Origin: Octopus bimaculoides
Taxonomy: Eukaryota
NCBI RefSeq assembly: GCF_001194135.2
Contig: NC_068999.1
Location: forward strand, 18,949,275 to 18,995,430
Direction: 5' to 3'
DNA: 46,156 bases
Part shown: one piece after another, positions 36,591-46,156 of the stretch
How the letters are laid out: every line of letters starts with the position of its first letter
How positions within the stretch are numbered: the first letter of the stretch is position 1
Position numbers and translations under genes: made by a program
Notes under the pieces: model-generated
What the model was told of the DNA's origin: nothing
What the model saw: only the letters and a program-made list of their open reading frames with translations
Databases searched by the model: none

Positions 36591-37295
36591 TGAGTTTCAA
36601 AGCCTCACTTTGCTAGATTTACAGTGTCTAAGTAGTTTTACCAACTCTTTTTTTGATGTGACACAATTTTACAGGTACGCGTAAAGTAAATAAATAGCGA
36701 AAAGTCAATAAAGCTATAACGCTGACATATTTCCAAAATGCAATGAATAGCAGGAATTAAGCTGTTATAACATTCTACAAAAGCAGAACACAATATGGGT
36801 GTGATTATCTATAACAATAATTGGGAAGTCTGTGTGTTTGTGAAATTGTTACTTTAACTCCTTCAAGACTATCCAACAGACCTTACTGAAACTTGAGGCA
36901 TGTATGGGGTTTATGCCCATGTGTTCACTTACGAACTTGGAAGTTTTCAAAAATTCGATTTTTAATCAGTATCGACTTTTCAAAAATCGTAAAAACAAGA
37001 ATGAAGAACGAGAATAATGAAATATGAACACGGATACAAATGTTGGAATGTAGATATATAGATATCGAGCAGTTACCATGTTATATAGAGTGCTTAGAAT
37101 TGTTACAGAAATATAAAGTTGATATTTTAGCTGGAACAAAGTATAAAAGTGTGACAAATGTATAAATGGAGCTCCTCGGAGGTGGGGAGGAGGCGCTTCA
37201 TTGCATTTTTCATTTTCATTTTTCATTCCAACTTGTTTATATAGGTTTTTTAATTTTTTTTTGTTTTGTTACTTACCCTTGTGGGAGATAAAAAA

Positions 37296-37700
37296 ATTCA
37301 TTTTCTTTGAACATTTATAGTTTGGTCGTCGATAATGTGAGTTATAATTGTGTTATTTGGCTGCTGTTACTTTACCGTTACTTTGCTGTTGTGGTTTTGC
37401 TTTAGTGTTCCTTGAAAACTCTGTGAATTGTTTGTGCTGCCCTATGGCAGACTGTTTGTGCTTCCCCAACTCATAGATGAGAGTAGGCTTAGTAAATACG
37501 ATGTCGGATGAAGGCATCAGCTTTTCGGAGCTATCGTTGTAGGATGCACGTCTTCCAAAGTATGTGGGTAGAAGTACCACTTCTTCACATCTAGCGGGGG
37601 TTGCCGAGTTCTTCCTTGCTGCCTTCCTAAATTGCATCTCCGCCGTCCCATATGTAATCTCTTGCAGGGCTGCACGTTGAAGGTCAACAAACAAAGTTTA
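37296..37700 (+). mobile_element. Second, internally rearranged copy of the same LINE 5' end
   Basis: 37296-37544 is colinear with 35071-35315. 37542-37690 is the reverse complement of about 35600-35746 (gagattacatat...gcaatttagg...gtgaagaa.tggta...cccacatac.ttggaaga). Confidence 0.75.
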
Positions 37701-37829
37701 CTTTAGAAGTATTGAGATGTATTGAGACATGTAGATAAGGAAATAAGTTTATTCTGAAAGGTAGGATAATGCTAATGATATAGAATGAACATGATAATCT
37801 ATCCATAGTTTGCAGAAAAATCTGTCGGC

Positions 37830-37902
37830 GGTCAGCTATGAGACCCGAACACACATCCCTGTGATTACGCATCAAGTGCCTTACCATTAAGCTAAACTGA
37901 CC
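37830..37902 (-). tRNA. tRNA-like gene or pseudogene, anticodon position reads CGT (Thr)
   Basis: 72-nt cloverleaf: acceptor GTCAGTT/AGCTGAC, D-arm GCTT/AGGC with A-box TAGCTTAATGG, anticodon loop TG-CGT-AA, T-arm GTGTG-TTCGGGT-CTCAT, and TTTTT 9 nt downstream. Two anticodon-stem mismatches, G33 and G58 suggest it is non-functional in translation. Confidence 0.6.
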
Positions 37903-38517
37903 CAACAAAACATTGTTGTACACATTTATCATATATAGATCTTGCTTTATAAGACAGTATCGTACGTTAAATTCAACTTTCGTTGAAATTCAACAATGTC
38001 TGCTTGAGAAGCGTTGAGATGTGTTGAAAGTTACAGATAATGCTAATAAATGATAGCGTCCTATAATACTAGACTTATATATCCTAAATTTTACAACGTG
38101 CTTACATCATAACATCGCCTAAAACTCTGATTTAAATGATGATTCTTTGGTACGAAACATAAGTGATTTTTGAAAAAAAACAATCACATTTAACAACGCT
38201 AAAGCGTATATGAAACAATGGGCAATAGTCGAAATATCATAATGAATTGGTAAATAAGCGTCTTTAATGTGCAACAACGCACTAGTAGTTATCAACAAGT
38301 AGAAGTGAGGGGCGAGAACATCACCTTTCAAGTAAGTGTGAATAGGTAAAGGTAAGCTTGCCAATGTTTAATGCCGTTTAAATATGGATATTAAGATTGA
38401 TTAGTAATGGATATTCATCATATACAGTGTTCCTAGTCAATTTAATAAATGTCGCAGGTGGACAGTCAAAATAAATTAATAGACAAACGATTTTCATATC
38501 ATGGAAAGATCAAAGAA

Positions 38518-38965
38518 GTGTGGAAGATCAGACATAGAAACAAAGCTATGTCCATTTACGCGGGAGCACTGGCGAAAATGTTACAATGCATGACCGTCCT
38601 TAGGACATAGTATGTATAGTTTGGTGAAAATCGGTTGAGAATTGTGGAAATACATGCGTGTAGTGTTAGTATTCAATTTAATTCACCATCGCTTGTAGAG
38701 AAACGAAATAAATAAATAAATAAATAGACAAAATCATTTCACGTTTACAAAACAGATTAAACATGTATGGAAGACGCTACATGCATAAAATTATGTCCAT
38801 TTACATCCGTTTACGCAGGCGCTCTGAGGAAATGTTACAGTGCATGACCGTCCTCGGGAAATAAGTAATGTGTGTGTAAAGTTTGATGAAAATCGGTTGA
38901 GAATTGTCGAAATGTGTGCGTTAGTCATTACACAGACATATAATGCTATTTATATATATATAAGA
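38518..38965 (+). mobile_element. Two tandem diverged copies of a Helitron/Helentron-like non-autonomous 3' segment
   Basis: tatgtccatttac...aaatgttaca.tgcatgaccgtcct...agtttg.tgaaaatcggttgagaattgt occurs at about 38547-38645 and 38793-38907. The second copy ends acacagacata...tttatatatatataagat, reminiscent of DINE-1/HINE ends. The repeat is certain; the family call is tentative. Confidence 0.5.
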
Positions 38966-39227
38966 TTTTCGGAATTGTCAGTTCTCATTATGAATCTAGA
39001 AATTGGATTTAATTTGCCGTGAAACGTTGTTGTATGTTATGTTCAGGGGATAGAGCTTTGTTTGTGATAAATCATCTTTATTTTCTTTTGTTGCCCTATT
39101 TAGGATTTCTGGTATTCAAATTTAACTTATACAAATGGTTAATTACAATTAACAGGTAGTACGAGTTGACACATAATGGATAACTATATATATCCAATAC
39201 ATGCAAAATGTGTACGAGTTGACAGAT

Positions 39228-39282
<55 letters not shown>
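39228..39282. repeat. (TA)n microsatellite
   Basis: Direct reading. Confidence 0.95.
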
Positions 39283-39284
<2 letters not shown>

Positions 39285-39482
39285 TTCTATTATAGGCACA
39301 AAGTTTGAAATTTGGGGGAGGTTGATGGGTGATCACATCGACTCCTGTACTCAAATGCTACTTAATTTATCGACACCGAAAGGATAAAATCTCGGCGGAA
39401 TTTGAACTCAGAACATAGCGATGGGTGAAATACCGCTACGAATTTCATTCAGCGTGCAAGCAATTGTGTCAGCTCGGCACCT
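39285..39482 (-). mobile_element. Family A SINE, alternative-tail variant
   Basis: cggcggaatttgaactcagaac (rc B-box), aatttatcgac core, gtcagctcg head; tail ending cccccaaatttcaaactttgtgcctat. Confidence 0.75.
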
Positions 39483-39569
39483 TATTGGCTACATATATAA
39501 TGAGAGAAAATATCATTTTATTCAAATGTATCATGTCTAGAAAATGTTTTATAAAACTGTTAGACAACT

Positions 39570-39745
39570 ACCGCTGCTGATATCACGTTCACCGCTGCTG
39601 CCGCAAATACCACCAAAACCATCATCATTAGCACCACTAACATACTAATACTACTGCTGCTGCTCCTGCTGCTGCTCCCGCTGCCACTCCTGCTGCTACT
39701 CCTGCTGCTACTCCAGCTGTTGCTACTGCTGCTGCTGTTACGGCT
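39570..39745. repeat. Degenerate (CTG/CTA) trinucleotide tract with 12-bp higher-order unit CTCCTGCTGCTA
   Basis: Direct reading. Confidence 0.8.
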
Positions 39746-42700
39746 GTTCAGAAATGCACACTAGCATATATATTCCATGATCTAAATTCTACATAATTCT
39801 GGATGGACAAGAGGAGTTCAAAGTGATATTTCCTCTTTGGCAATACAAAAAATAAGCAGTTTTAATTTTAATCGATGTATTCTTACAGCCTAAAAGGACT
39901 GCGAAACTTACAACGAAATAATACAATACAATATTCATGCATTAATTAAGAGCATGATGAAAGGTTTGGGAGGAAGAAATTAGAAACATGACGACAAAAA
40001 CCTCAATTAGATCAAGTCAATGAATAATTTACACTAGACTATCTCTCGTGAAGAGATCAAATATGTCTTTATTTTCCTTGTCAATTTTTTTTTAATGAAA
40101 GTTAAAGACGTAGCCTTCGTAATATCTATGACGATCTATTTAATGCTGTTATTATTTAAAACAAGCATGAATCAACCGTCATAAAAAGTGGTTCAAACCA
40201 CGAATAACTAGATTCGTTACTATAAACGAACGTTGAGAGTAGTGGCCATAATATTTGTATTACAAAACGGAGTTATTTTTTACAAATCCGAAGGCTAGGT
40301 TATAATTTACACATAGATATCCCTTGCAGCCAACTTGCAAAGCCATTAGTGTTATAGATATGTTCAGTTACATCATTTTGATATGATTGTTTCATTTCTG
40401 ATTTTAAATCGTGTTAAGGCAATGCTTCTCGTGAAAACAAAAAGACCAGTGCAGCGAAGGAGATAGGCAGGAGTACTGAAACACTTGAGAAAATGCCACT
40501 TGATAGGATTTCATAAACAACCGGTCCGAATTACCCAACCTAATGTCCTGACATTGACTGCATTTGTCTGAAATGAGTACAGAAATATATAAAAATAGAA
40601 CTGTGAAAATCTACATTTCAATTCCTAAATATAAATTCCGCCCCCCGCCCCCCCAAAAAAACATACTGATATTACAGGAATTCTTCACCCAAAGACCACA
40701 TATAGGAAAGAGTAAAATAATCAACAAAATCATTTACTCATAAGTTTGATGCGAAGGTGCGCTCTGCACGTATAAATTCTCTGCTATCTCTTTCGTCTTG
40801 TTCTTGAATATCACTCTCTATATTTGCATGTGTCTATTAGAAATATATCCTTGGGCACATAAATATGCGTTTATGGGTGTGTTTCCGTAACACATTACTT
40901 ATCTCTGGCTAGTATTATATTTAATAAAAAGGACATTTGCGTATATTTATGGTGACACAATATTGTCCACAGTTGCAGGATATACACGATCGTTTATACA
41001 TATATATATATATATACTCACACAAACACAAACACACATATATATANNNNNNNNNNNNNNNNNNNNNNNNNNNNNNNNNNNNNNNNNNNNNNNNNNNNNN
41101 NNNNNNNNNNNNNNNNNNNNNNNNNNNNNNNNNNNNNNNNNNNNNNNNNNNNNNNNNNNNNNNNNNNNNNNNNNNNNNNNNNNNNNNNNNNNNNNNNNNN
41201 NNNNNNNNNNNNNNNNNNNNNNNNNNNNNNNNNNNNNNNNNNNNNNNNNNNNNNNNNNNNNNNNNNNNNNNNNNNNNNNNNNNNNNNNNNNNNNNNNNNN
41301 NNNNNNNNNNNNNNNNNNNNNNNNNNNNNNNNNNNNNNNNNNNNNNNNNNNNNNNNNNNNNNNNNNNNNNNNNNNNNNNNNNNNNNATATATATATATAT
41401 ATATATAGTGCTATCACATCATAAATTGAAATGTCGCATATATATCATATATGCTAGTGGTTAAAACAAACATTATCTTTACTGTTTCAATATCACCTCA
41501 ATTCATATATTACATGTAGAGATATGGTTTATTATTACAAATATGATGTATCTAAGGATATTCCAGCTCTATATAAGTTCATGCGAAATGTAAAAATAAA
41601 TTTTACAGAAAGCTTTATTAGCAATGTTGATTTGGAATTGAAATTTCAATAAGGAGTATGACATTTTTAGCGCATTGCTATAAACTCATCTTTCAACGAA
41701 AGTAATAATTTAAGAGTATATACAAAAAAAGGTTTTCTTCACCTTTTTTTCAATTTCTTGTTTATTAGAATGCATATTTTTTTAACCTGTAGAGAATTGA
41801 AAGGGAATACGAAATTCAAGATTTATTTTTTCGAGTGAAACCTGATTATTTTTATATGCTTAGTGTTTGAATTTTTTAATGTGAAAATATGATATAGCAG
41901 ATTAATCTAGTTTTCCTACTGGTCTATCAAAATTACTTAAATCCATATTACATATCGAACTGAATACTGGGCATCGGATATATATCTTTTATATGAAACA
42001 TGCCCAAAAATGTCGACCAGTATATCATCAATTTTTTCAACGTCTCTTCTCATTGAAACTTCTTGACTTTAGAAGATACTAGGTATTTTTTACTGTAAAC
42101 ATTCTGCTAGTTTCTACAAATTTTCACTTGTCTTTTCTGTTTTTTTTTTTTTTTTAGCAACTTAGATCCGCCAGTTTTCTATAAAATCCCAATCGATAAA
42201 TGTCGTTTTCTCCTGAATCAAAAATAAAATAAAACAATATTTTTTTTTATCACACAGCCCTCTGGATTAGTTCTATTCACGTACTCTTCACAAACAGTTT
42301 CAAAACACTCCACCTAGACGTTCATATTGAAATATGCAGCTTATGCTATCTCCATTGATTTTCATTAAAGCTAGATCCATCTCAAACGAGAAGCTCCATT
42401 TATACATGATACATCACCAGACATACAGTGCCGGACAATTTACCATACCTACTACGATAATCTCCTCACCAATTCGACTATTTTCATACCATCTTTACCA
42501 AGGACATCATTTTTAGTCTGTTCTTTTGCATAGTTCTATCTAAGACTATTATAATTATTATTTCCGTCAGATATTAATTTGAAGAGAAGTTATAAAAATG
42601 ATTGGTCTAGGTGTCTATTTGAAATTCATCATTGTTTCCGGTATATTTCCAGTAGAACCATGAATTGTTTAATAGCAGATATCATTCAGATCTATTGGCG

Positions 42701-43019
42701 CTTACGATTCACAAATTGGTTCACTCTATTTCACTATTAATATATACATATATATTCAGAAAATCCTGAAATAATGAACATCAGCATTGTTCGAAAAGTA
42801 TGAAGCAAGGTTAATTCTCACAAATTGTAGCATTATATGATATTTTATTATGCTGTTGAAATCATTCGGTAGAAATTTCGTTATTACCTCTTTACGCAAT
42901 TAAATCTATATTGTTTTTTTTTCTGAATTTGCTTTCGTAATATTTCATTATTTAAAAAAAAAATATTTTCTTCTTTAAATGTGTTAGCTGCTGATGCTTC
43001 TCTGTGTAGTAATTCTTTT

Positions 43020-43068
43020 CTGTTACTTGTTTTGGTCACTTGAGTGCAGTCATGCTGGAGAACCACCT
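43020..43068 (-). mobile_element. Short 3'-end fragment of family B SINE
   Basis: ttacttgttttggtcacttgagtgcagtcatgctggagaaccacctt matches 21225-21277. Confidence 0.55.
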
Positions 43069-43399
43069 TAACTTGATTCAGTTATATGCAAACATATATG
43101 AGTATTCCTATATACGTAAAACTTCTTTGCTTTTTTTTTTTCGGTAAGACTTTTGGCAAACGGGAACCAGTTGAAGCTGAATTTTCAAAATGCGAAGTTT
43201 GGAAATTATAGAGATCGCCTATCCGGTTTTCAATAGACCACGATATCTCCGTGAACCCTTTAAAGGTGTGTTTCCCCACTTATTTTCTCCCCACATACAA
43301 TATAACTGGTCAGGAAAAATGTCTACCTAAAAGACGTTCATATTTAATATTTTATTACAATTGCTTAATACAAAATTAATCAAGCACTAACTCATTTAT

Positions 43400-43585
43400 T
43401 AAAAATGTACATTATCGACTAAGAAAAACATGTACATTATAATAAAAATGTACGTTATCGACTGAAAAAACAAAGTCAATCACTTCAGTGAGCATCTTGT
43501 GCCTGGCAACTAAGACAACACGCCTCACCACGATTTTCCCTCGCCACACTGGCGGGACGTACAACCCACTTTGGTAATCAATGCT
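43400..43585. mobile_element. Possible hAT-like transposon terminus with short subterminal repeats
   Basis: rc of 43540-43584 reads cattgattaccaaagtgggttgtacgtcccgcc, resembling CAGTG.TTCCCAAAGTGGG.GGTAC-type hAT/Charlie ends. Three aaaatgtac.ttat units at 43401-43465. Partner TIR not found. Confidence 0.3.
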
Positions 43586-44368
43586 TTAAGATAATCAGTA
43601 ACAAGTGAGTTCTTATTGTTCTTCCCCTTTCTCCACCAATGTTAGACTTTTTGCCAAATATTAATGTCCCGTCTCAGTTCTGAGTATTTGGCACTCAAAA
43701 AGTTCACAAAGGAAATTAAAAACAGTTGATGTTAGAGTAATGTTCCCCACTCTTTTGGTAAAGATATTTTCATATTTACTATACTACATTTGTTTGTGTA
43801 AAAGTGAAATTTGAGGTTAATTATTTCTGACCAGCTAGCATCACATGTGTATACTTGCTTGATTTCGGAATAATCACAATGGTATTTCCTTTGAAAAGTA
43901 ATAAAATAATTTGGAGCAAATATTTGCTTTTACGTTTAAAAGAAAATGTATTTTAACCAGCTGAGATTTAAGGTGCGGGATAGGCCTCTTCGTAACTATA
44001 TAATTCCAATTAAATGGCAAGTTATATTGTGTTTCTGTTACTGCTATTCATGACGTTCTTGTTAACACCTGAACAACATAGAGCCAGCAAGCGTTTATGT
44101 TGTGATCATCCCATGTTCATGCATAGTTTGTGATTCTAGAACTAGAAATGCTAATGAATGAATATTTGAATAACAGTAATGTATGGTTTTAGTAATGTAT
44201 GATTTCGCTGCTACTACTAATTTCAAAATAAATATGTTCAAAATAGTTCATGATTTATTTGGCTATATAAATAGTTATATAAATCCTTTATAACCTCGCT
44301 CATTAAATATCCAACAAAATACTTCGACGTTTCCCTGTCTTTCCTTTGCGTTGTATTTCATCCTAATG

Positions 44369-44369
<1 letters not shown>

Positions 44370-44407
<38 letters not shown>

Positions 44408-44421
44408 ACACACACATACAC

Positions 44422-44455
<34 letters not shown>

Positions 44456-44460
44456 GAACA
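44370..44460. repeat. (CA)n(TA)n microsatellite
   Basis: Direct reading. Confidence 0.95.
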
Positions 44461-44464
44461 TACA

Positions 44465-44578
44465 GGCATGGTATGGACCTAGGGAAGTGTCTTCAACTAT
44501 AGCATCGGATCGACCAAAGTATTGTGAGGGGATTTCATAGAAAGAAACTGAAAGAAGCCGTCGTAAATATATATATGA
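44465..44578 (+). mobile_element. Degenerate 5' part of family B SINE
   Basis: acctagggaagtgtcttcaactatagcatcggatcgaccaaag...gaaactgaaagaagccgtcgta, followed by a TA tract. Confidence 0.7.
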
Positions 44579-44759
44579 CTAGACTGCCATGGAATATGAG
44601 ACGAGGTGGACGTGCAAACACCCACGAAGCTTTCATCGAACAAGTTTATATACAACCTTATTTAATTTTATTTCAATCAGCTGTAAACAAATATATTATG
44701 CTTCTAACAATTATAATTCTTAGCTGGCGTGGGTCATGGTGCTCTATATATGACTACTA

Positions 44760-44835
44760 CACGTCACCAGATGGTACTATTAAGTTAGACATGACCTGGG
44801 CCTGTACTGACCTAAACTCATCAAGATATCAAAGT
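44760..44835 (+). mobile_element. 3' terminus of the CR1/L2-like family seen at 8281-8935
   Basis: ctattaagttagacatg is identical to the rc of 8328-8344, followed by a similar atcaagatatcaaagtt tail. Confidence 0.5.
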
Positions 44836-44839
44836 TATA

Positions 44840-44842
44840 TTT

Positions 44843-44908
<66 letters not shown>

Positions 44909-44950
44909 CTGTGTGTGTGTGTATGTGTGTGTGTGTGTGTGTGTGTGCGT
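44840..44950. repeat. (TA)n(TG)n microsatellite
   Basis: Direct reading. Confidence 0.95.
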
Positions 44951-46110
44951 GCATCATATAAAAATTAGTGTACATTTAAACACAAAAAGGCGACCTTAAC
45001 GGGAGGCCTCACATGCTAGAAGGAACACTCAATGTCGAAACTCCGGTTAAGAGCAATTTCGAAGGGAATGAAAAATAAAAACATTTACTATATTTTTTCT
45101 CCGGATCTAGCTTTCAAACATTTAATTAGCAAATAAAATAATTTGCTAGGCCATGTTCTCATCGGCTTATACGCCCAAAAATTGACATATAATTATGAGA
45201 AAAAATCGCACATGTCTCATCTTTATATATTATAATTTTTCAAATCCACCGCGCAAGGTCAGTTTTAGTCGGCAGCAAATACAAATCTCAACTTCCTCCG
45301 GAAATACTAAAATCATATTAAAAATATAGATGGAAGAAAAAGTTTATAAATTTTTTAACAGTTTTGGACTTGAATTCTACAGAAAATCTATAGCAATAAA
45401 ATTAAAATGGGAATATCGCACTGCTAACATAGAAGGGAAGGCATAATATTGACTTCAAAACGTTGCAAAAGTAAATACTGTGTTCTTGCTATCAGTTAAT
45501 AGAAGAATATATGCATATTGCTATGCGTATTATATAAATATGTATAATATGATTGTGCGTGTGCGTGCTTGCATGTGTGTGTCCGTCTGTGCGTATTTGT
45601 GCGCCTATGATTGTTCCAGGTAGAGTTGCAGCTTGTTTAATTTACATCAACGTTTAATTTTCAAAGAATGGCTCCTTTCATACGCATTTCTTGGCCAATA
45701 TGCTATCGTACATATAGTAAATGTAAATGGTGTTACTTTCTGGGATTTATGCCAGCAATGAAACCAATCTCTTGCCTGAAGGATTACCTGTAAAAAAAAT
45801 AAGACAATAATCACCGGGAATTAATATATACAGAAAATATCTATTCATTTTCTATAAGTATGTTGTATTAAGAAGTAAATTCTCTAAGTCGCATTATTTT
45901 TGTATGCAGATTGACAAATCCGCTGTTTTCTACATCGCTGACTGTAAATCTAAATGTATATATATTTTTTATTTGCGTCTTGCATTGGCATGCACTTTGC
46001 AATGGAAGCTGTGTATTAATATATAGAATATATATGTAAAAATATATTGAAAAACAGATATTGATTTTCTTTCTCACATTCTCTCTTTATCTCTCAGTAT
46101 AAATATAAGG

Positions 46111-46111
<1 letters not shown>

Positions 46112-46156
<45 letters not shown>
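46112..46156. repeat. (TA)n microsatellite at window end
   Basis: Direct reading. Confidence 0.95.

Noticed and set aside
39640-39790. Antifreeze-glycoprotein-like reading PAATPAATPAATPAVATAAAVTA
   Set aside because: Short, preceded by an in-frame stop, with no ATG, signal peptide or good acceptor. Explained by a decaying CTG/CTA microsatellite.

Overview
AT-rich, repeat-dense eukaryotic genomic DNA from a short-read draft assembly. There are 10 N-gaps (about 1837-2562, 9094-9520, 10921-11209, 20486-20563, 22514-22843, 23442-23554, 25944-26137, 31900-32315, 34164-34173, 41047-41386), nearly all bordered by dinucleotide microsatellites. The SINE and LINE families look like those I recall from octopus (coleoid cephalopod) genomes; this is an unverified inference. 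I find no recognisable intact host protein-coding gene, so the window reads as intergenic or deep intronic. Most ORFs in the track are artefacts of microsatellites, N-runs or antisense strands. What can be supported is decayed mobile elements: CR1/L2-like, RTE-like, Tx1/L1-like and R4/Dong-like non-LTR retrotransposons, a Penelope-like GIY-YIG remnant, two Tc1/mariner transposase relics, two tRNA-derived SINE families, Helitron-like and hAT-like ends, and many microsatellites. The most notable observations are (1) an R4/Dong-like element with a head-to-head 5' inversion resembling twin priming, (2) a stand-alone tRNA-like gene with an A-box and T5 terminator, (3) two 5' ends of one Tx1-like family without adjacent ORF2, one rearranged into a chimeric ORF, and (4) a homogeneous 16-bp palindrome-containing minisatellite inside a dead ORF1. 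I see no convincing evidence for a new multi-gene system. Family assignments come from motif recognition by eye, and element boundaries are approximate.
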